A stretch of 64,000 bases of DNA from a virus (taxonomy: Duplodnaviria > Caudoviricetes). The position numbers were made by a program, and so were the translations under genes. The notes beneath the pieces were generated by a model that was given only the letters and a program-made list of their open reading frames with translations, was not told where the DNA came from and searched no databases. How positions within the stretch are numbered: the stretch's first letter is position 1; every line of letters starts with the position of its first letter. Below are positions 19,577 to 29,300 of this stretch, piece by piece. The DNA lies in the IMG/VR virus record IMGVR_UViG_3300023184_000109, positions 1,826 to 65,825 of that record. One strand, given 5' to 3'.

Positions 19577-20947
19577 TTAACTTGACTTCTGTCCTGGTTG
19601 TGTGGGCGGGTATGGTTTGGCAGGCTTGTCCCCGCCTTGACTACCGTTGTCTGCTCGGGGTCTGAGGATCTCACTCAGGCTCTGGCGACTTGGTATGTTG
19701 CCCTGATCTGACGTTTTCACAGTGTATGTATTGTTCACAAAGGTACTGCGTAAAGTATTGTTGTTGGGACCATTGTTGAGATCAGTGCGTACACTGTCTT
19801 CAATCTTGATCCAGCGTGTGCCATCGTAACGAAACAGTCGATTGGGTTGATAGTCCAGGCGCAATGCGTAATCCCCAACTGATGGATTGGGTGGGAATGA
19901 TACCCCAGGGGTAACTGGCAACCCATTGGGGGCAATGCCATCTCCTGTAAGGTAGCCCATGGTATACCCATTGCTTTTGGGTGTGACGCCCATGCCACCT
20001 TGTGTACCATCCACTGTGGTGTCGCCGTCGGTGCTCAGACTAGCAGGATTGGCTGGCTGACCATCGTTTGTGGGCACAATGTAAAACTTGTCAACTTCAT
20101 AACCTGACAGCGGTACTTCGGCATCAGCTTGTATAAGAATAGCATCATTGATTTCGTAGTCTTTTTGTCTGGTACCTTGAACATCACTGATTGTGGCAGG
20201 ATCGTACGGTGCCCAGTAGTTGGTATCAGTTATAGGTGTGCCTGCGGGCACATTGGTTGTGGCTCTAAAGTATTCGTTGCCTTGATTCACAATGGTATTT
20301 GTAGGGTAGAAATTGCCCGGATCCCAGATGTTTTCCTGCACAAACGGCTTGTTGGTGATTTGATTAAACTCTTGCTGATCCTTCATTGGCGTGCATTTCA
20401 CACGCCACAAGTGAGGCAACCAAGTTACACTGAAGCCTTCGCTTGCATAGTCTGAATCCTGAATCACATAGTATCTAGGCAGTGCTCGTGGGATTTCTTT
20501 GTTGAGCGGATGGTAATCTGTCAAGTTGGGAATCTCAATCACATCACCGTTCATGAGCTTGCGACCAAATGTGTCAATCATGGTATTGTAGTGAAACGTC
20601 ATGAATATGGTGTCGTTGTTCAGGAACAAGCCAAACTGTGTCAAGTCAAAGTCCACATCCTGTGTGTTGTACACACCGCGCATGACATACACATCAGGGT
20701 CGTAAATTCTATCACGGTTTTCCAGCAACAACAAATCTTGAATGTTCAGCACATCTACATCTGCGTATGTGGGTTGGGTGGCGTCAAAGTTGCCTGAAAA
20801 TGCGGAATCTTCGCCGCCGGCTTGCGGTCCCATGTAACGATGGATATAGATGTCAAGCCCACCAACTGTATATTGTTCTCTAATTATACGATCTAAAAAT
20901 TGGTAGTCTCTGGTCCGGTTAGGCCGGTACATGCTCAGGCGTGGAAT
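19577..20947 (-). CDS. gp14: Neck/head-closure protein (T4 gp14-like), probable ATT start
   Basis: DLLLLENRDRIYD, LTQFGLFL, GDVIEIP and WLPHLWRVKC motifs. TATAAATA and SD AGGAG precede ATT at 20947. Confidence 0.6.
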   Translation of the reverse strand: MPRLSMYRPNRTRDYQFLDRIIREQYTVGGLDIYIHRYMGPQAGGEDSAFSGNFDATQPTYADVDVLNIQDLLLLENRDRIYDPDVYVMRGVYNTQDVDFDLTQFGLFLNNDTIFMTFHYNTMIDTFGRKLMNGDVIEIPNLTDYHPLNKEIPRALPRYYVIQDSDYASEGFSVTWLPHLWRVKCTPMKDQQEFNQITNKPFVQENIWDPGNFYPTNTIVNQGNEYFRATTNVPAGTPITDTNYWAPYDPATISDVQGTRQKDYEINDAILIQADAEVPLSGYEVDKFYIVPTNDGQPANPASLSTDGDTTVDGTQGGMGVTPKSNGYTMGYLTGDGIAPNGLPVTPGVSFPPNPSVGDYALRLDYQPNRLFRYDGTRWIKIEDSVRTDLNNGPNNNTLRSTFVNNTYTVKTSDQGNIPSRQSLSEILRPRADNGSQGGDKPAKPYPPTQPGQKSS

Positions 20948-21000
20948 TTTGATTCTCCTAGATAGTAATGTATTTATAGCAAAATTCAGCGGCAGCATCC

Positions 21001-21051
21001 GGTTGACCAATAATTCCCAAACTGCTATAATATGGACTTAACAACAAAGGA
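21001..21051 (+). promoter_or_regulatory. Early sigma70 promoter repeat, copy 1, with RBS
   Basis: TTGACC (21003)-17 nt-TATAAT (21026) with extended -10 TG; 35 nt identical to 21352-21386. Confidence 0.85.
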
Positions 21052-21058
21052 GCCAGCA

Positions 21059-21328
21059 ATGAGTGATTTAGTTACCGATTTGCACAGTGAGATGATCAAC
21101 AGCGTAGCGCCAAACTATAGTATCGACTATGAAGCAGAGGCTCTTGCCAGTTTTGAAGCCGATGGAGATGACTTGATGGAAGCACTTGAGACCCGTGCCA
21201 CAGACTTCATTGCAGAGACAACTGGGGCAGATGTGCGTGAGGACTTGGGTGGCATCACTGTGTTTTTCCGTGGTAGTACTTTGGTTGCATTTTACGATTA
21301 TGAGCAATTTAAAGGGCATGTGTTTTAA
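21059..21328 (+). CDS. Small acidic early protein, unknown function
   Basis: RBS AAGGAGCCAGCA then ATG 21059. Confidence 0.7.
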   Translation: MSDLVTDLHSEMINSVAPNYSIDYEAEALASFEADGDDLMEALETRATDFIAETTGADVREDLGGITVFFRGSTLVAFYDYEQFKGHVF

Positions 21329-21351
21329 CCCTGAGCCCTCAAGGGCGTTGG

Positions 21352-21402
21352 GGTTGACCAATAATTCCCAAACTGCTATAATATGGCTTAACAACAAAGG
21401 AG
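21352..21402 (+). promoter_or_regulatory. Early sigma70 promoter repeat, copy 2
   Basis: TTGACC 21354 and TATAAT 21377, preceded by a hairpin at 21327-21355. Confidence 0.85.
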
Positions 21403-21408
21403 TGAGTG

Positions 21409-21702
21409 ATGAAAGCACACAATTTTGTAAGCAAGTATGCCACCTCAAATGGCAACAAAGCAATAGTTCCATATGACAAAGTAAAAGCAACCGAAAAATG
21501 GGTGGAGTATGCACTTGACGTCAAAGACATGCAATCAGAGATGATGAGCACACGAGATTTTAAATTAAAATGCCAACTCATGGATGCACTAGAGATAGCC
21601 GAGCGCAAAAAAGCATACATGTATCGACACAAAAACTTCAACATCAATCGAGCACTGCATTTGTTCGGGTTGGTAAAAGACTTGCCAAAACAAACTGCTT
21701 GA
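21409..21702 (+). CDS. Small basic early protein, unknown function
   Basis: SD AAGGAG and its own promoter. Confidence 0.65.
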   Translation: MKAHNFVSKYATSNGNKAIVPYDKVKATEKWVEYALDVKDMQSEMMSTRDFKLKCQLMDALEIAERKKAYMYRHKNFNINRALHLFGLVKDLPKQTA

Positions 21703-21727
21703 CTAACAATCGCCATTCTGTTATAAT
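21699..21727 (+). promoter_or_regulatory. sigma70 promoter
   Basis: TTGACT-17 nt-TATAAT with extended -10 TG. Confidence 0.75.
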
Positions 21728-21751
21728 TACAAATAATTTACTGGAGCCCAC

Positions 21752-22888
21752 ATGAACGCAACACGCACTGTATTAAAATCACTCAATCCCAAAAGTGCCG
21801 ACACCAAGTACGTTGGACTTGAACCTGACTGGCGTACTCAACCCACTGATAATCGCATCAGTGCAATGAGCTATGCGTTTGGTTGGTACAATTATTTTTA
21901 TGGCAAGAAAGAAGCCAAGGACATGATTGTGGCATATTTGGACGCACACAAACGGATCAAAGATGCAAAACAAATTCGAACCTTGCCAGACTCACAAATA
22001 CGACTTACCACAGGCTGGCTGTGCCGTATGCAAATGATGGGGTTGGATCTGACCGAGCAAGAAGAGATCAAATTACAAACACTGATAACAGAACTACTTG
22101 AACTCAAACAACAAGCCGCAGTGGTTGCTGTGGCAGCAGATGAGCCTGCCCGGCCCAACATTCAAGACCGGTTGCGTGAAAAAGTTTCAGAGTGTGCTGG
22201 TGAACTAGATGGCATGTTTGATGAGTTTGTTGTTAACGGTGCCAAGATGAGTGCCGACTACAAGCCTATCATGGTGATCCGTGGCTTAAATGTAGCACCA
22301 CAAATGATCTCTAACATTGCTGATATCTGGAAACGCAAACTGGCGGAGTTTGAAACTGTGATTGAAGGCCGGGATGCACAGTTGGTTGAGGGCTACAGTC
22401 ATCTCAGCAAAATTCAAATGCGTAACCTTGTGAAGTTCTGCGAAGCAGTTATCAATGACTGCGGAGCATACGTACAAATCAAAAAAGTAGAACGCAAACC
22501 ACGCAAAGTCAAGTCCGTGAGTCCGGAAAAACGTGCCGCAAAATTCAAAGTGTTAATGGAATTTGTTGAACTCAAGCTCAAGGGCTTGCCAGCCGCAAGT
22601 CTTGTGGACAAAGCTGAAGCCTGGTTGTATGACACCAAAAAGCGCAAGTTGATTCACCTGGTGGCTGACAGCCACACGCAAGCATTCACTGTCAAAAGCA
22701 ACAGCATCATTGGTTTCAGCACCATTGAGACCTTGCAGAAGACTGTGCGCAAGCCAGCAGATGTTGTGAAAGCAGTGCAAGCGGCAGGCAAGCCAGCGGC
22801 ACGTAAGATCTACAAGGATCTTACCACAACAGAAACAGCGTTCAACGGACGCGGAACTGAGAACTTGCTCATACTCAAAGCCTGGTAA
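21752..22888 (+). CDS. Hypothetical phage protein (378 aa, Lys-rich C-terminus)
   Basis: Long clean ORF with SD GGAGCC; no recognisable catalytic motif. Confidence 0.7.
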   Translation: MNATRTVLKSLNPKSADTKYVGLEPDWRTQPTDNRISAMSYAFGWYNYFYGKKEAKDMIVAYLDAHKRIKDAKQIRTLPDSQIRLTTGWLCRMQMMGLDLTEQEEIKLQTLITELLELKQQAAVVAVAADEPARPNIQDRLREKVSECAGELDGMFDEFVVNGAKMSADYKPIMVIRGLNVAPQMISNIADIWKRKLAEFETVIEGRDAQLVEGYSHLSKIQMRNLVKFCEAVINDCGAYVQIKKVERKPRKVKSVSPEKRAAKFKVLMEFVELKLKGLPAASLVDKAEAWLYDTKKRKLIHLVADSHTQAFTVKSNSIIGFSTIETLQKTVRKPADVVKAVQAAGKPAARKIYKDLTTTETAFNGRGTENLLILKAW

Positions 22889-22910
22889 ATACAGGGACTT
22901 GGAGTCCCAC

Positions 22911-23681
22911 ATGCCAGAACAGCAACAACAATCACTGCCCACACTGAAGCAAAACTTGATAGAGTATGTCAAGCTTCAGTTAGGCGGTGACATCATTGAC
23001 CTAGAACTAGACCCTTCACACTACGAAGCAGCTTATCAAAAGACCATTGGCACTTATCGCCAACGGGCCAACAATGCTTATGAAGAAAGCTACAGCTTCA
23101 TGCAGTTGGTGTCAGACGTCAACATCTACGAACTGCCCCAAGAAGTAGTTTCAGTTAGACAAATATTCCGCAGAACATTTGGCGATAGTTCAGGACCATT
23201 TGCTAGTAATTTTGACCCGTTTGCACAGGCTTCGGTTAATGTGTACTTGATGAATTTTAATACAGCAGGTGGCCTGGCCACTTACGACTTCTACAGTCAG
23301 TACATTGAACTGGCTGGACGCATGTTCGGTGCATACATGAACTACACATACAATCCTGTGACAAAGAAACTGCAACTGATCCGTGATCCCAAAGGCTCAG
23401 GAGAAACTGTGTTGTTGTGGAGTTACAATCTAAAACCAGAGTTTAATCTGTTGAACGATTATCAAATTTCACAGTGGCTTCGTGACTACATGGTGGCCAA
23501 TTGCAAAATGATCATTGGCGAAGCACGTGAGAAATTTGGCACTATAGCCGGACCACAAGGCGGCGGCAGTTTGAACGGAGCCGCAATGAAGGGCGAAGCA
23601 CAAACTCAAATGGATGCATTAATTGAACAACTCAAAATGTACGTGGATGGAAGTCAGCCACTTACCTGGGTTATTGGCTAA
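22911..23681 (+). CDS. gp13: Neck protein (T4 gp13-like)
   Basis: YVKLQLG, IDLELD and IIGEAREKF...GPQGGGSLNG motifs; TAAATA at 22886. Confidence 0.7.
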   Translation: MPEQQQQSLPTLKQNLIEYVKLQLGGDIIDLELDPSHYEAAYQKTIGTYRQRANNAYEESYSFMQLVSDVNIYELPQEVVSVRQIFRRTFGDSSGPFASNFDPFAQASVNVYLMNFNTAGGLATYDFYSQYIELAGRMFGAYMNYTYNPVTKKLQLIRDPKGSGETVLLWSYNLKPEFNLLNDYQISQWLRDYMVANCKMIIGEAREKFGTIAGPQGGGSLNGAAMKGEAQTQMDALIEQLKMYVDGSQPLTWVIG

Positions 23682-23721
23682 ACTCCCAACACTTCTATCT
23701 AAAATTGTGTTATAATCAAGC

Positions 23722-24240
23722 ATGGACTTGATGATCGACATTGAAGGTTTGGCTACAGGCCCTGAAGCAACAATTTTAACCATTGCAGCTCAGGCATTTG
23801 ATCCTCTTGGCACTGGTTATTATGCGCACAAGTACTACGCCAGAGTTGATCTTGAAAGCCAAGAGACACGCACCATTGAACAAGGCACCATCAACTGGTG
23901 GGCCACGCAAGGCGCCGCACAAGACGAAGCCTTTGCAGAAGATGGTCGTATACCCTTGGATCAGGCACTGGACGAACTGCACCGGTTATGCTGGAAGTGC
24001 AATCGCATCTGGATGAATGGGCCCACATACGATGCCAACATCCTTGAACATGCCTACAAAAGTTATGGTAAGCCCTTGCCCTGGCAATATTACAAGATCC
24101 GTGACGCAAGAACGGTATATAGTTTGTGGCCAGGACTGCCCCGGCCTGCAACCAGTCACCATGCATTGGAGGACTGTCGCAGACAGATTGACCTGTTGCA
24201 AGCCACACTACAACACCTGGGTGTTAAGGAATTGAATTGA
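23722..24240 (+). CDS. 3'-5' exonuclease, DEDDh family (T4 DexA/Rv2179c-like)
   Basis: MIDIEGL, NGPTYDANIL, RDART and HHALEDC motifs. TATAAT 5 nt before the ATG. Confidence 0.8.
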   Translation: MDLMIDIEGLATGPEATILTIAAQAFDPLGTGYYAHKYYARVDLESQETRTIEQGTINWWATQGAAQDEAFAEDGRIPLDQALDELHRLCWKCNRIWMNGPTYDANILEHAYKSYGKPLPWQYYKIRDARTVYSLWPGLPRPATSHHALEDCRRQIDLLQATLQHLGVKELN

Positions 24241-25298
24241 AGCAAGCAGCATTTGTATCTTTAGAAGGCGCATTTCCCAATGCAGTAGAAGAATACTTGC
24301 AAGAGGCATTGCAAGCCATTGAACGTCGTCAAGCATCGGTGCTAGTATGCATGATGGCAACTGATTATTTTACCATCCCTGATAAAAAAGACGGGTTCAA
24401 TTACATCTTTGACACTCTGCGATCACGCGGAATTGCCACCATCTTGATTTTAAATCCATTGTTCAAGATACAAGACTTGTCGGGTATACGTGCCGACCGT
24501 GTGGAGTTTGTAAACTTTCACCTTTGGCGCAACTATAACGAGATCATAAACAAAAAACAAAGCAGTATCAATTCCTCATGGAATGCTGAGTCAGATCAGT
24601 TTTTGTTTTTGACCGGGAAACCTGATCGGCAGCATCGTGTACGACTGCTATGGAAGTTCGAACAAGCCAAGTTACTTGATCAGTGCTGTTGGAGTTTTTG
24701 GTACGACCCTAACAACTTAGAGCCTATAAAACAACTCATTCCTGAAGTGCCAGAATCGCAGTTGATCTCCCGATTAGACAGTTGGTTACGCAGCCCTGAC
24801 AATATCAAAATGAACAAGGTGGGAACATCGTTTCACTACTGTGGTGTGCCATATGATGTGTCACTGTTTTCCAACAGTCGATTCCGAGTGATATCTGAAT
24901 CAGTGTACGGCAACAATGCACCCAGTGGCCTGGCCAACTACTGGCTGGGTGAAAAAACTTATGTGACATTATTCAACAGAATCCCTTGGCTCATTGCCGG
25001 ACAACCAGGCAGTTTGCAATGGTTGCGCAGTGAAGGGTACGAAACATTTGACGAGCATTTGCTAGAATCATACGACATGATCATGAACGGTGAACAGCGC
25101 CTTGATGCCATAGTAAACAACACTGAATTTTGGCTGAAAGATATACCCAATCCAGATCAAGTCAGACAAAAAACACAACACAATTTTCACCGTGCAGTGG
25201 CACAAGCTCAAGAATATGAAACTGTATTGAAAAATTTAATTAGTGAGTTTGATATACAGGCCATACCAGAACAACTGGTTCCCACAGTAGACAAATGA
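24237..25298 (+). CDS. Hypothetical protein, possibly glycosyltransferase-like
   Basis: FLFLTGKPDRQHR and ISES...LGEKT...PWLIAG...LRSEGYETF are reminiscent of a GT10-like C-terminal motif. Confidence 0.4.
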   Translation: MKQAAFVSLEGAFPNAVEEYLQEALQAIERRQASVLVCMMATDYFTIPDKKDGFNYIFDTLRSRGIATILILNPLFKIQDLSGIRADRVEFVNFHLWRNYNEIINKKQSSINSSWNAESDQFLFLTGKPDRQHRVRLLWKFEQAKLLDQCCWSFWYDPNNLEPIKQLIPEVPESQLISRLDSWLRSPDNIKMNKVGTSFHYCGVPYDVSLFSNSRFRVISESVYGNNAPSGLANYWLGEKTYVTLFNRIPWLIAGQPGSLQWLRSEGYETFDEHLLESYDMIMNGEQRLDAIVNNTEFWLKDIPNPDQVRQKTQHNFHRAVAQAQEYETVLKNLISEFDIQAIPEQLVPTVDK

Positions 25299-25305
25299 GG
25301 TCATT

Positions 25306-25953
25306 ATGATTATAGGGGTGTGCGGGTTTATAGGATCAGGCAAAGATACTGTTGCAGACTATCTTGTGAATTTACATCATTTTCGCAGGGAAAGTTTTGC
25401 CAACACATTGAAGGATGCTGTGAGTGCAGTGTTTGGATGGGACAGAACCATGCTGGAAGGGCGCACCAAACAAGCCCGTGAATGGCGCGAACAACAAGAC
25501 AATTGGTGGACCAATCGATTGGGTATGGCAATTACTCCTCGTTGGGTTTTGCAAAACTGGGGCACTGAAGTATGCCGTAACGGATTCCATGATGATATTT
25601 GGATTGCCAGTTTAGAAAACAAACTGCGCAACAGCACAGATGATGTTGTTATCAGTGACTGTAGATTTCCCAATGAGATCAAAGCAATTAAAAATGCCGG
25701 CGGCATTGTGGTGCGTGTGGTGCGTGGTGCTGAACCTGAATGGTACGACGCAGCCAAGAGTCGTAATCGCGGACCAAACGGAAATACCAACTGGGCCTTG
25801 AGTGGACGCCGACTAGAGCAGTTAGGCGTGCATGCGTCAGAAACTGCCTGGGTGGGTACAAAATTTAATACAGTACTAGACAACAACGGCACATTAGATG
25901 ATCTATATCAGCAAATTATGCGTCTGGTTCAAGATCGCCCGCCCGCCAAGTAA
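25306..25953 (+). CDS. Deoxynucleoside monophosphate kinase (T4 gp1-like)
   Basis: P-loop GFIGSGKDT, SFANTLKD, TPRWVLQNWGTE, ISDCRFPNE and HASE motifs. Confidence 0.85.
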   Translation: MIIGVCGFIGSGKDTVADYLVNLHHFRRESFANTLKDAVSAVFGWDRTMLEGRTKQAREWREQQDNWWTNRLGMAITPRWVLQNWGTEVCRNGFHDDIWIASLENKLRNSTDDVVISDCRFPNEIKAIKNAGGIVVRVVRGAEPEWYDAAKSRNRGPNGNTNWALSGRRLEQLGVHASETAWVGTKFNTVLDNNGTLDDLYQQIMRLVQDRPPAK

Positions 25954-26260
25954 CTTCTACTTTTGAAATCTCCTCCACACAGTTACGGCACACTGTGCGC
26001 AGGTTCCTCAAGGCAGTGTTATTAAGATCCCCATCTATATGATATACTAGCAATTGACTGGCAAGTCTTGCCTTGAACCCGCATCTATCACATGCGGGTT
26101 TTTTCTTGTACCCGTCTGATTTCCAACGTGGTTCTCTGGGCTTGATACCACGTCCTCGACGTTGACAAGTTTCACACCTACTGCGGTAATGTGTGACATG
26201 TTCCCGGATATAATTTACGGCACGAGGACGCTGATTGCAGGCTGGACAAATGGGTCTCAT
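25916..26260 (-). CDS. Zn-finger HNH-endonuclease-like protein
   Basis: Four CxxC pairs and YHIDGDLNN...NLRTVCRNC; TAAATA 4 nt upstream. Confidence 0.65.
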   Translation of the reverse strand: MRPICPACNQRPRAVNYIREHVTHYRSRCETCQRRGRGIKPREPRWKSDGYKKKPACDRCGFKARLASQLLVYHIDGDLNNTALRNLRTVCRNCVEEISKVEVTWRAGDLEPDA

Positions 26261-26356
26261 GCGGTATTTAGCAGGCGGACCTTGGGCAAAGGGCAGTGTA
26301 AATCACCTTTTTTTGGGTATACCAATAAATATCAGTAACTTGAAAAGGAATCAACC

Positions 26357-29300
26357 ATGGCACTAGTATCACCAGGCGTAGAAGTACAAGTAATTGATGA
26401 GAGTCAATATATCCCTTCCGCTGTAAACACAGTTCCCTATTTTTTAATTGCCACAGCACAGAACAAAGCTGATGCCGCTGGCGTAGGAGTTGCGGCTGGC
26501 ACAACCGCAGCTAATGCAAACAAAGTTTATCTCATTACCAGTCAACGAGATTTGGCAGCTACTTATGGTGTGCCATTCTTCTACAACACCACAACTGGTA
26601 CACCAATCAATGGTTACGAACTCAACGAATATGGTTTGTTGGCTGCGTACAGCTCATTGGGCGTTACAAACCGCGCTTATGTACAGCGTGTGGACATTGA
26701 CTTGACTGAGCTCACAGCCAGTTTGAGTCGTCCCACAGGCAGTCCCAACAATGGCACTTACTGGTTAGATTCTAGTACTACTACCTGGGGAGTGTTCCAG
26801 TGGAATCAAACTACTGCTGCATTTACAAACTATGCTCCTATTGTGATCACAGACACAGCAGAAGTTGTTGACTATGATGGGGGCGATTACACACCACTGG
26901 CCACAATTGGCAGCATTGGTGATTATGCGGTGAGTGCAGTAAGTCTTGAAAACCCCATGTATTACAAAAACATGGACAACGACTGGGTATTTGTGGGCAG
27001 CGACGACTGGAAACTGTCATGGTATACATTACAAGGATCAGTAAGCAATCCTAATTTAACTGGTTTTTACAATTCCAACATGTACATCAATGGTAACTTG
27101 GTGCCAGTGCCAGCTGGTGAAACAGTCAGCGCATATTCTACCGCAATTAATGTAGCTTGCCCATATGGAACATCAGGTTTTTACACTGACGTTGTAGACG
27201 GCAAGTTGACATTCTATGCAGATTCAACTGCCACTAACGATGGCTCTAGTGCCAGCGGTGGTATTATTAGTATTCAAGCTGGACCCAACAACGGTACCAA
27301 CTTGTTGGTGGCCTTGGGTATCAGCGCAATTGAATATTTTGCTCCTGAATATTTCCCTGGCTACAGCTATCAATCTCCACGTTGGAGAACCACTGACACC
27401 ACACCACACCCCACAGGCAGTGTATGGCAAAACATCAGTGCAGCCAACAACGGCATGAGTTTGAAAATCAAACAATACAGCGGCGCATTGGCCACTTTCA
27501 TCTCACAAACTACAAATGTATACAGTAATGATGCCACAGCCAACTATGCACTTGATCCTTCAGGTGGCGGAAAAAATATTTCAGTAGGCACAACTTATGC
27601 TGTGTACAATGCTATGGCAATGGACTGGAATCCTTCAAGTGCGTTCCAGATTTTTGAACGCACTGCATTGGGTGCAACAGTGGTCACTGGTGACGTGTTG
27701 AACCCAACTTTTACGCCTGGTGACGAATTTCAATTAACTGCATCTGAATCAGGATCAAGTACATACACCAACTACACAGTGACCGTGGGCGGTACTACAC
27801 CACAGGCATTTATTGCTGGAGTTAGTGCAGCCAATATTCCTTATGTCAGTGCAAGTGTAAACAGTGCTGGTGCAGTTGTGCTCACACACAGCCAAGGCGG
27901 CACAATGTTGGTGTTGGACCAAACTGGTACTCCTATTACTGACGCTGGATTTACTGCCACAACAATTTATGTTCGCCCTAGTAACACCACAGCTGATCAA
28001 TTGGTATTGAGTAACTGGGTGACTGACCCTGAATTCACTTACACAGTCAGCACTACAGAACCAGATCAGAATCCTGTAAATGGCCGTTTGTGGTATTACA
28101 GCAGTGTCAGTGATGCTGACATCATGATTCAAGACAATGGTATTTGGCAAGGTTATCAAAATGTCACCAACGACACACGTGGTTTTGATTTGACACTGAC
28201 CAATGCTTCAGGACCCATCATTGCAGCAGATGCTCCGTTAACACAAAACAATGCCGCAGAGAGTCCTTTGCAATATGGTGACTTATGGGTAGACACTGGT
28301 GACTTGGAAAACTATCCTAAACTTTATCGTTGGGAACAAGTCAGCGGCACAGATCAATGGGTAGAAGTTGACACCACAGATCAAACAACATCAAATGGTG
28401 TATTGTTTGCTGATGCACGTTGGAGCACAAGTGGTGCCACAAATCCTGTGAGTGACTCATTGCCCACAATTGAAAGTTTGCTGACCAGCGATCACCTGGA
28501 CTTGGATGCACCAGATCCTAACTTGTATCCACAGGGCATGCTGTTGTGGAATACACGCCGCTCAGGCTACAACGTAAAAGCGTTTACTACCAGCTACTTT
28601 ACATCAACTACCTATCCTGATGCTGGTGCTTACGATGCTGGAGATCCTACAAACAACAATAATTTGCCTAGATACAGCTACACCTGGGTAACCACAAGTG
28701 GCAACAAAGCCAATGGTGCAATGTATTCTGGACGCCAGGCACAACGCCACCTGGTTGTAAAAGCAATGAAAGCCGGGATTGACACTAACTTGGCTGCACG
28801 TGAAGAACAAAATCAGTTCAATTTGATTGCGGCTCCTGCGTATCCTGAGTTGTTGCTTAACTTGGTTGCACTCAGCAACGAACGTGCTAATACACTGTTC
28901 TGCGTGGGTGACACACCAATGCGACTGGCCGGAAATGGTACGGATCTTTCAACTTATGCCACAGACAATAACGGCCTGGGCTTGCCAACTGAAGATGGAT
29001 TGACTGTAGGCAGTGCTTATGCTGCGGTGTTCTACCCCAGCTGCCAAACAACAGACCTGTCGGGCAACACAGTTGTGGCACCTAGCAGTCACATGATGAT
29101 GCGTACAATTCTGCGCAGTGATGCAGTGAGCTATCCATGGTTGGCACCTGCTGGTACACGTCGTGGTGTGATTGACAATGCAACTGCTATTGGTTATATT
29201 GAAGCTGCTACAGGTGAGTTCCAACAAATTGCTGTGAGTCAAGGCCTGCGTGATGTTCTGTATCAAAACAACATCAACCCAATTACCTTTATTCCAGGAA

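Noticed and set aside
25916-26260. HNH gene as a mobile homing endonuclease
   Set aside because: It is short, has a host-like composition and its own late promoter, with no intron or insertion signature; more likely a resident gene.
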